Source: Vitrella brassicaformis CCMP3155 (taxonomy: Eukaryota > Protista > Chromerida). Taken from it: a stretch of 12,775 nt of DNA. The stretch lies in contig CDMY01000891.1 in NCBI GenBank assembly GCA_001179505.1, forward strand, positions 1-12,775, in the 5' to 3' direction. The notes beneath the pieces were generated by a model that was not told the DNA's origin, searched no databases, and saw only the letters and a list, made by a program, of their open reading frames with translations. Below are positions 1 through 8,525 of the stretch, one piece after another (position 1 is the stretch's first letter; the number at the start of each line of letters is the position of its first letter). A program made the translations under genes and the position numbers.

Positions 1-198
1 CGCCTCTGGTGCTGGCTGCGCTGCCGGAGCCTCGCCGTCTGCATCAGAGTCGTCTCCCGTCCTGAGTCCTTGATCTCGTCGCCGCCACAGAGACGCTCTC
101 GCCGACCGTTGGATCACTCTCGCCGCTGAGTCCTCATTCATCTCCACTGGGGTCAACGCACAGCCCACCCGAGGGCGAAGCACGAGGGTGCATACCAT
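1..198 (-). CDS. 5' end of a gene with an IQ calmodulin-binding-like motif; continues beyond the left edge
   Basis: Hand translation is open from ATG 198 (or ATG 141) to base 1: MVCTLVLRPRVGCALTPVEMNEDSAARVIQRSARASLWRRRDQGLRTGDDSDADGEAPAAQPAPEA. AARVIQRSARASLWRRR matches IQxxxR(G/A)xxxR. Absent from the ORF track because there is no stop in the window. Confidence 0.5.
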   Translation of the reverse strand, partial: MVCTLVLRPRVGCALTPVEMNEDSAARVIQRSARASLWRRRDQGLRTGDDSDADGEAPAAQPAPEA

Positions 199-1277
199 GG
201 CGATATCTATTCATCCTGGTTGGTACTGGACGTACCGATGGGGCGGATGCGCTCAGCATTCAAAAAATCACATGTAATGCACTCAGACGGCCTGCCGCAG
301 CGGGATTAGTCTCGCGGAATACGGCAACGATACGAGCAAACGGAATGCGACAACGACACGAGGAAGCAAACTGCGGAAACAATCAAGGTCGCTTTCCGTT
401 ACCTTAAAGCCTATCAAGCAAAATACACAGTCAATCAAGAGGAAAGACAAAGGCAGAAAACGCCTAAGAGAAAATGTCAGAGCGATAGCCAAACGGATGG
501 GCGGAGGGATGGACGTGACCTCAGTGAGTCCTTCCCTTCCTCATCTTTCCTTCCCCTCCTCCCCTTCCTCTCTTTTCCCTCGCAGCGGTTTCAGGGAGCA
601 CCCTAGGTGGCCTGACGGCCAAGTCCCCTGTCGGTCTGTCCAACATGAAACAGGCACCCTAACATGCAACCCGGACACGCAACACGCAGCACGCAGAGGG
701 CAGATGCAGCAGAGAGGAGGATATGCAATGCGCTGCGAACGACGGCCACATACAAGCAGGCACACAGCGTCGCACACACGCCACCCCAGCAGCAGCTTGA
801 AGGCGGCGTGCGTGCGTGCGTCAGGCACCATGACTCCATACGTAGATACCGCCCATCCCCAGGTGGCCAGCCAGTGCAGATCGCCCAGTCACACACAAAC
901 ACGCTCTCTTTTCCCTCGTCTGCGAGCTTTTCGATGTACGTACAGAAAAGTCAATAAAGGACCCCGTTTCAAAAGATCTGAGACAGGCAGCACACGAGCA
1001 GGCAATCCGGACCGACAGAATCTGAAAGTGACGGCGAAAAACCGACGCGAGCGACCCTGGCCGAAGCGACCCAGCCGTCGGTCCTTTGAGGCGACTTTTT
1101 GACGTTTCAAGGTTCGCAATGGCGCAGCCCCAGCCCGAAGGTATCAATGCGCAGATGGGTCGACGGTAACCATGGAAAAGCCGAACGTTGTATGTGTTGC
1201 AGCCAAGGCATCCATCTGTGGACACAAGCGAGTCCGCCACGACCTCTCAGCAGCAGCAGCCGTCGGGTCCCCTCGCC

Positions 1278-2549
1278 ATGGCAACAGCGGCTGCCGTCGG
1301 CGCCACGGGCAATGGCAATGGCAACGGCGGATACAGTAAGCCTGACATCAGCCGGCGGATGGATGGATGGATGAATGTCCTCTCTTCTGCGTGTTGTCGT
1401 TGCTGCAGTGTCTGTTGATGAGGGTCGTGTGTACGGGCAGCGGGAGTGGAAGCTCATCATCCCGTGGCTCAAGGGTGCTGGACACACACACGGCACACCC
1501 ATCATCCACAACGAGCCGTGTTTGCAATGGTCCCTGGCTGTGTATGGTCTGTGTGCAGTTGGGGACAAGGTGAGTGTGCTCAACGCCAATCCGCTGTACG
1601 TGGAGGCCAAGTGCGTCGAGGGCGAGAGTGCGGTCTGCACGGCGGGGGGTGAGGGGGACACACAGACGGACTGGATGGGGGGCGCCGCATCAGTGCGTGT
1701 GCGTGGGAGACATGGGGTATGGCGACGTACGAGGGTGCTCTGTGCGTGGGTGTGTGCGTTTTCAGGTGTTGCTGAGGCCGGCGCTGCCCCGAAGGCGAAA
1801 GTAGGCAGCACCACAGCACTACACCGCACCCCTCCATGGCCATGCACACCACACACCACACACCACCACACCATACGGAGGGAGATCCAGACGATGACCG
1901 TCCTATGCTCCACCCTCCCCTTTTGTGTCATTATCGTGTGTGGTGCATTCAGGCCAAGGGGAAGGGCGAGGCCAAGTCTGGTGGTGGCAAGGCGCGTGCT
2001 GCCCCGAAGCACCCTTCGTTTGAGGAGATGATCAAGGAGGCCATCGGCACACTCAAGGACCAGTCAGGCAGCAGCCTGTTCGCCATCAAGAAGTTCATCC
2101 AGGCCAAGTACTCCCTCGACGTCGAGGACGCACGCACCAAGCACCACCTCAGCCGCTCACTCTATAAGATGACCGAAGCCAAGAAACTCATCATGGTACA
2201 GGGGGAGGGTAGGTGATAATGGTGTGGCGTGTGTTGGTGTGTTGTGTGCAGATCAAGGCGTCGTACAAGTTGGACATGAACGTGGTTGGCGCTGCCAATC
2301 TTGAAGGCCGCACCCAAGAAACCCATGGCCGCCGCTGAGGGTACGCACGCACGCCACACAAACCACACACCACACCACACCACACCACACACGCAGACAC
2401 GGACGCCGCGCGACCATCACCAGGGGACGGTTGTACACGTGTGTCTACCCTTTGCCAGGTCCGCGTGTGGGGCGCTTCGCCCACTGCCAGTGGGCAATAG
2501 CACGGCCGACAAGGATGAGAAGGGCGGCGAGGGGGAGGGGGACAAGTGA
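1278..2549 (+). CDS. Linker histone H1/H5 globular (H15, winged-helix) domain protein, spliced
   Basis: Phase-consistent GT-AG exons: 1278-1335, 1409-1474, 1559-1648, 1766-1800, 1953-2195, 2252-2340 (frame problem near 2282) and 2491-2549. The spliced core KHPSFEEMIKEAIGTLKDQSGSSLFAIKKFIQAKYSLDVEDARTKHHLSRSLYKMTEAKKLIM|IKASYKL matches the GH1 consensus (HP..Y..MI.EAI..LK.R.GSS..AIKKYI...KL..VK.S(F/Y)KL). Both ends are uncertain: there is an upstream ATG at 1119, and a perfect donor GTGAGT at 2546 may extend the 3' end. Confidence 0.8.
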
Positions 2550-2644
2550 GTGTCTCTCTCACACACATCACACACATAAGGGGGAGGGGGCATGGGGGCA
2601 GAGGGCAGTCAGACGAACGGTAGCCTCTCGGCAGTTTTTGCAAT

Positions 2645-2669
2645 GGATCCATCCATCCATCCATCCATC
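2645..2669. repeat. (CCAT)n/(GGAT)n microsatellite, one example of a motif that recurs in introns and intergenic DNA
   Basis: ggatccatccatccatccatccatc. Similar tracts lie near 1357, 5672, 8733, 8947, 10024 and 10206. Confidence 0.9.
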
Positions 2670-3555
2670 TGTGTGTCCATTGCATCCATCAGTGCGATGT
2701 TTGTGCAGTCTGACGACATGAAAGACCGATCTCCATCGTATGCATCTGTGGATGTGTGGATGTGTTTGCTTCTTGTCTGCTCGACCGCCCTGCCTGCCCA
2801 TCGATTCGCCGTGCCTGGGCGTCGCCTCTCCGTTCTCGACCCACCCAGAGCGACGCCTCCTGCCTGCCTGCCTGGCTGACTGCCTTCCATTTTCTGGCTG
2901 GCTAAGTCGTCCGTGTGTGTGGTTTGGGATGTGCGTGTGTGTGTTGACTTTTTGCCGACACTTTGGCATGGAGCGACTGGATGAATGGAATGAGAATTGA
3001 TTGACGCGCAGCAAGTCACACCAACGAACAGATACCACAACAGACAGACAGACATACACCCACCCACCCACCCTGTCTACTCAGCTAGATCAAGGTCATG
3101 CAGATAACCAGTGCCACCACCCGCTGCCTTGCCTGCCTGAACAAAGGCACCCCGGAACACGCAATCACTACGTGCGTACAAATAGAGACTTAAACCAGCA
3201 CCCCCTCGTGGCACTATACGTACCCTCCCACCTGAAGTCAGCCCCCCTCCCTCCCCCTCTGTGAGGATGGATGTGTACGACCACCAGCCGACCCCTATGC
3301 GGCCACCACCTTCTGGCGAACGAGCGCAGCCGTCTGAGGGTACCGCTCATCTGGGCCGCGCTTGCAAGCAAGAGGCGGCTCGGTGGTGGAGATCTTCATG
3401 CCCGAGTTGACTCGGACAATAAACTCATCTCCCGCCTTGTCCCCACATGGAAGAGCCACTCAGTCGTAAAGCTGTCTCTCTCCCTCCCCCTGTTCGCTAC
3501 ACACCCTCCTGTCCCCTCCCGCCCTCTCGCACATCTACGCTGGCAGGCAGGGACG

Positions 3556-4012
3556 TCATGTGATGGGCTGATCGGCCCACTGCCGCACCTCATCGCGCGA
3601 CCCGGCGAACACCACCTTGGTCTTGCACTGCTCGCACAGATACTCCGGCTCGTCCAGCAGCTCCACCAGTGGTATCTTCTTCTTGCGGCCCTCGTTCTGT
3701 CTCTTGATGCCATCATTCTCCTCACGCCGCCGCGCATTCTCCGCGCGCACCTGCTGGAGGTCCCGCCGCCACTTGCTGCAGCGGTCGTCATAGCACTGGC
3801 GACACAGCCGCAGGTGTCTGCAGGGCATGTACATGACCGACGGGGGCGCGTCGAGGCAGATGGCACACTCATGCCCATCTCCCTCTGGCTGGGCCGCTGC
3901 CGGGGGCTGCTGCTGCTGGGGAGGCTGCTGTAGCGGGAGAGGGGCACTCGAGCTGCTGGACGAAGACGGCTGGTGCTGCGGGTGGTGCTGCTGGATGCTC
4001 ATCTGGGCAAGC
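3556..4012 (-). CDS. Terminal exon encoding a C3HC4 RING finger (IAP/MDM2-like zf-C3HC4_3 pattern) preceded by a Gln/Pro/Ser-rich tract
   Basis: The ligands read C-x2-C-x11-C-x-H-x3-C-x2-C, then a 52-aa insert, then C-x2-C (CEQCKTKV). Acceptor cacacAG at 4014-4013; stop at 3556. Confidence 0.88.
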
Positions 4013-7000
4013 CTGTGTGTGTGCATCAATCGCATCGCATCATGCGCCGTGTGTGTGTAATGGGATGTGTGTGGGCCCGCGTACCCTCGCTCGGTCTCTG
4101 CGAGCCGCCGGGCCAGCTCATCATTCTTCCGCTGCAGCTCAGCCTCCCGTGACGACACTCCCACACTGCACACACACACACAAGGACACGGCAAGGCATC
4201 CGAATCGGATCCGTCCCATCCGTACGTCAACGCCCGTGGGTGTATGGCACCCACCTATCACCACCACCACCAGCAGCCGAGGCGCCCTGGTCGCCCTCAT
4301 GATCATGCGATGGCCTGACCACACACACATAAAGCCGATGAAGTGACGAGCCGCCCATCGCCAGTGTGTGGGTGTGCCTGCCTACCCTAGTGGCTCTTCG
4401 TATGGTGCTGATGGTGTTGCGAATGCGGCGGCGGCTACTGGAGCTGCTGGTGCAGCAGTGGGATGGTCGTAGCTACTGGAGGACGGACAGGCGTCAAATG
4501 CGGACCTGACACAATGCAGAACAGACATATGGCAGTTCGTTGGAGGCTGTCCTGCGTTGGTCGACAGCTCTTGTGGGCATACCTCGGCCCTTAGGATGGC
4601 GAGGGACCAAGTGACCTGAGAAAATCCATGCGCAACAGCAACCCACCAGTGTGCTTGTGAGGTGGCCTCATGTCGGCCTGTCAGTGCCTTACTTGGGATA
4701 GTTGACGAGTGGCGGAGGGCCCCGGTGACACGACGGACGATGCCCACTCGACGAGGAGGGAAACGAGCCGTCACTGACACAAAGAGAGACGACAACACAC
4801 ACCAACACCATTCATTGTGCCCAACCATCGATCCCCTTCTCTGTGTCTGTCTGCCTACAGCTGCTGTGGCTCATGTGCTAGAGGTGGGAATGGATCATCG
4901 GCACCGCTCGCCGGTCTGTGTGCAGGTGGGAGAGGCCGAGGGGGTGGGGGCGGGTGAGAGGGACTCGACGACACAAACGATCGCCGCTTGCCCGACTCGC
5001 ACAGCTCCTCAGCCGACGGCAGACAGGGAGGGTGAGGGACCGGCCGAGGCAGCAAGGATGGTGCAGCAGCCGAGAGGCCCAGCCGCCTGCCTCTGCCCAA
5101 CTTGCTGCCTGCCGATGGGCCCGGCAGGCGCTCCTCGCGCGGCGTCTGGTCGGCCGTCGACACACAGCTGGGGTGAGAGAGCAGCAGACGGTCAGCTAAG
5201 GGCTGCTCAGTCGCTTTGTGCTTGGGTGTGGGGGGCTGGAAGGGCGAGGAGGGGGAACGAGTCGACGTCTGTCGGCTTGGTTCACCCACGTGAAGAGGCG
5301 ATGTAGGTGGGCTGGTTGATTGTAGGTGATCGCCTTGGCGAGGTTGTGCATGTCGTCATCGGTGAGTATCGGGGGGTAGACGTCGCTCAGCAGGCCGTAC
5401 ATGTCGCACTCGAGCAGCAGCTGGTCCATCTTGTCACTCGTGGTCGTCGGCTGGGCCACTGGGGTGCCCTCAGGCAGGATGCGGCGGCGACGCGCGTAGT
5501 CGACGATCCTATGAATGCAACGCAAGACGGCAGCGAGGGAGGTGTGCGGCAGTACATGGCTGGTCTGTGCTGTTCGGTTGGAGTGTGTCTTACTCGCTGA
5601 AGTGGTCGGCAGAAACACACACAACTGGAGCACTGTACCTGCAGGCCCACGACAACCCACACACACAATCCAATCCATCCATCCATCTTTGTTGTGTATG
5701 CAAAAACGGCTGTGCACTTACGAGTCGAATCGGTTTCGCAGACTGCTGGTGGTCTCCTGAAGAGTCGACTGAGTGGTGCTAATGACCACATCGGGCCGCC
5801 CGTCGCCCGTCGACACTCGGATGGAGCGAACGGACTCATCGCCACTCAGCGGCCGCAGGAAGGGAGCGACCGCCTTAGACACACAACACCATAGAGAGAA
5901 GCAGTCAGTCCATCGACCCACCGATCTTTTTCCTTTGCCCTTCCTTCCCCTCCTCCCCTCTCACCTTGATTTCGCGGATCATTTGTGCGTATCGGGCCTT
6001 CTTCGCCGCCCGCTCACTCTCCAGCTCAGCTAACCTCGCAGCGAAGGTCTGAGCGATCCTTTGCATGACGCTCATGAGGCCCTTGAGCTGCTCCGGCAGC
6101 TGCACGGCCTCCAGCTGGGGAGGTGCCGGCTCGCCGTAAAATGCTGCCGCCGTGTGATGTGAGGGTGGGTCGACGTCTGTGTGGCCGTCAGCCGCCTCGC
6201 CGTCTGCTGCTGCAGGGGGTGAGAGCCAGAAGCGAATCCAGTCGCACACACCACCTGCTCACTCACACACAACACCACAGGAGCAGTGGATCCACCAAGG
6301 TACTGCAGTGAGTGGATGTGGTGGCTGGCCTCGGCTCACCTGTAAAGAGTCCGGCTTGTGCCTTGCTCTTCAACAGATCCACTCCCTCCTCCCCCTCCAC
6401 CCAACGCATCTCGCTAAGCATCCTCTCGAAGGCCCGCGGGTCCGCATCAATGAAGAATCGGTTGTCGTCGTCCGTCGGTAAGCGGTGGTCCCACCTGCCT
6501 CCGAATAGCGATGCCATCACCGAGCCCGCCGCACGGGTGAGGTGCTTGCGACGGACAGTGAACGGCCGGCCGCCCACGTTGAGGTCCAGCTGGTCGTCGC
6601 CAGAGGCGGCCGAGCCGTCAGATGCACCATAAAGACTCAGCAGCTCGTGGACGTCGTACGATGCGTCGATGCGCTTCTGCTCGGCCTCGAGCTCCTCCAG
6701 CGGGCCCACAATCTGTCTGTCCAATGCGCACAGGGCTCCGTGGCGCGAGAGGAGGTTGCGATCAATGGCACTCGGCAGGTCCATCGCCCTCAGCAGTGAG
6801 GCGTCGGAGGCTGACAGGCAGGGAGAAAGAGCCACGCAGATGAGATGAATCGATAGACTCCTCCTGCAGCTTCTTACCTGTCCGGACCACCCGCCAATCG
6901 GAGTGATGATGTGTCTGCCGGCAGCTGGTGAGGCCGCCATGGTGAGCCGCTGTCAGCAACTCATAAATTGGCGGTTGAGGAATGCCGCCAATGGGCGGTT

Positions 7001-7016
7001 GCTGAAGCCCAGACAT
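3556..7016 (-). CDS. BTB(KCTD-type) - coiled coil - degenerate BTB - TLDc stub - low-complexity spacer - coiled coil - RING protein, predicted as one spliced gene (~807 aa)
   Basis: Exons 7016-6878, 6810-6340, 6254-5965, 5873-5722, 5638-5594, 5508-5290, 5167-4859, 4773-4693, 4505-4386, 4314-4255, 4165-4085 and 4012-3556 sum to 2424 nt, with GT-AG ends and matching phases at every junction. BTB: DQLDLNVGGRPFTVRRKHLTRAAGSVMASLFGGRWDHRLPTDDDNRFFIDADPRAFERML. RING: CAICLDAPPSVMYMPCRHLRLCRQC...CEQC. The start could be at 7016, 6940 or 6785. The BTB and RING halves could instead be separate genes. Confidence 0.65.
6340..6810 (-). CDS. Exon encoding a KCTD/potassium-channel-tetramerisation-type BTB domain (BTB_2)
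   Basis: LNVGG..F.V....L......MA.LF.G.W......D...RFFID.DP..F..ML is the KCTD BTB signature. A predicted helix (LEELEAEQKRIDASY) precedes it. Confidence 0.9.
6891..7000. promoter_or_regulatory. Cluster of CCGCCAAT/ATTGGCGG motifs near the head-to-head gene junction (candidate bidirectional promoter elements)
   Basis: Exact octamer at 6891-6898, 6967-6974 (inverted) and 6985-6992, plus a variant ATGGGCGG at 6991-6998. Function is inferred from position only. Confidence 0.35.
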
Positions 7017-7046
7017 CTCACCCAGACATCTCACCCAGACATCTCT
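7008..7046. repeat. 13-bp tandem repeat x3 (CCCAGACATCTCA)
   Basis: Units at 7008-7020, 7021-7033 and 7034-7046; the last base of unit 3 differs. Confidence 0.95.
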
Positions 7047-7118
7047 GCTGAGCTGGGAAGTCAACCAAAACTGGCGATCGGCAACAAGCTCGCTTTTCTG
7101 CTTGACGCTGAGGGCGAG

Positions 7119-8525
7119 ATGAGCCGTGTGAGGCAGATGCGAAAAGTAGTCGGCAATTCTCCCTCATCCACACGGCAGCCCTTCACCAGCAGACCCTCAT
7201 CGCTGTCGACTCTTCCACCCAGGCCGACCGTCAGTGCTGGGAGAGTATGACGCCTGAGGAGGCCTTCCAGCTGGGCAAGCGGCTACCCAACCTGACAGCG
7301 CTCAGGATGGTGCAGCCACGCAGCGACCGGTTGTGGGGTCTGGACAGCATGATATGCGTCGTAGAGGGCCATGCGGCTGGGCGGCGGGAGGCGTGCGAGA
7401 AGGAGGGGCAGCAGCACATCGCGAAGGGATCTCTGGAGACCATCCACTTCACCCCCACCAGCAGCACCNNNNNNNNNNNNNNNNNNNNNNNNNNNNNNNN
7501 NNNNNNNNNNNNNNNNNNNNNNNNNNNNNNNNNNNNNNNNNNNNNNNNNNNNNNNNNNNNNNNNNNNNNNNNNNNNNNNNNNNNNNNNNNNNNNNNNNNN
7601 NNNNNNNNNNNNNNNNNNNNNNNNNNNNNNNNNNNNNNNNNNNNNNNNNNNNNNNNNNNNNNNNNNNNNNNNNNNNNNNNNNNNNNNNNNNNNNNNNNNN
7701 NNNNNNNNNNNNNNNNNNNNNNNNNNNNNNNNNNNNNNNNNNNNNNNNNNNNNNNNNNNNNNNNNNNNCCCAGCCAGACGGCGATCGACATTGTGAAGAC
7801 ACTCTCATTCGACAAGGCGAAGGAGGTGTATGTCTCCAGCGCCTACGGCTTCGTCCTCCCTCCGCCTGGCACCCCCTCACCCATACCCGCAATCATCAAC
7901 GACATGCAGCCTTTCCCAGTGGCCGAGGAGCTGCACATCCGCAGCGCATTTGGCGGGGCTCTAGGCCGTCTGCTGGGGCAGAAGATGCCCAAGATGCCCA
8001 TGGGGTGCAAGTTGTGTGGTTTGGTGCAGCTGTCAGTGCAGAGGATAGAATTGCCGTGTTGGAGGCGCTGGGGGAGGAGAGGGAGGTGGACAGTGTCGCT
8101 GTGGGTGATAAGGAGGAGCCGGTCAGTCTCACGCAGGGCGGCGCCTTTGATGGATGGCGGTCGCAGGGCTTACCGTCGCTTCGCAGCGTAGACATGTACC
8201 TATTAGGTATGCGAAGCAGGCAGTGAGTGCAGCAAAGGGGGCGCTCGGTCCGTCTCGTGTGTTCATCCGCCCTGTCTGTGTGTGTCTTTATTCAGTGCCC
8301 CATGACTTGGAGGATGCTGTTGCTGCCGAGCTCATCCGTGACGGCCTCTCGACTATCCTCACCGCTGGGCTGCGCGGCCTGAGGCGTGTGGAGCTGTGGC
8401 TGGAAGGGGAAGCGGATGACTCCATCCTCACGGCGATTCGACAGCTGCTCCCAAACGGCACGGAGATCGACGACTTCACCATCAACACAGTGGGAACTCT
8501 GGTGGAGGCATCTCGTCGCTATTAA
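7119..8525 (+). pseudogene. LRR-like solenoid protein of a probably lineage-expanded family; frameshifted and possibly 5'-truncated; spans an assembly gap
   Basis: Exons 7119-7145 (or 7127), 7223-8206 and 8296-8525. Recurrent LxxLxL-like units: LPNLTALRMV, SLETIHF, AKEVYV, AEELHI, VQVVWF, LPSLRSVDMYL, LRGLRRVELWL. The protein-like frame switches at about 7994-8001. N gap at 7469-7768. Confidence 0.6.
7469..7768. other. Assembly gap (300 N)
   Basis: Run of exactly 300 N inside the LRR-like gene. Confidence 1.

Noticed and set aside
1694-1731. Possible extra exon (AWETWGMATYE or VRVRGRHGVWRRTR) inside intron 1649-1765
   Set aside because: Direct splicing of 1648 to 1766 already preserves the frame, and the candidate's phases do not fit both neighbours.
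1107-2012. 301-aa minus-strand ORF and other long antisense ORFs (3271-3933, 4662-5306, 11635-12330)
   Set aside because: They are shadows of GC-rich exons and stop-poor GT/CA-repeat introns on the opposite strand, with no recognisable motif.
2550-2721. Additional 3' coding exons of the H1-like gene via the donor at 2546
   Set aside because: The acceptors I tested give only a few residues before a stop (for example NLTT* at 2721), so this cannot be resolved without cDNA.
3278-3403. Plus-strand fragment RPPADPYAATTFW...GGSVVEIFMP faintly resembling TLDc PPADPT...ITKIDLP
   Set aside because: It has an internal stop, the wrong spacing and the opposite strand, and only a 4-5 residue match; this is compatible with chance.
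7008-7046. Possible CRISPR-like or mobile-element repeats (also the CAAGA and GGAT tracts)
   Set aside because: The units are contiguous with no spacers, the context is eukaryotic, and there are no terminal inverted repeats, target-site duplications or transposase/RT ORF.
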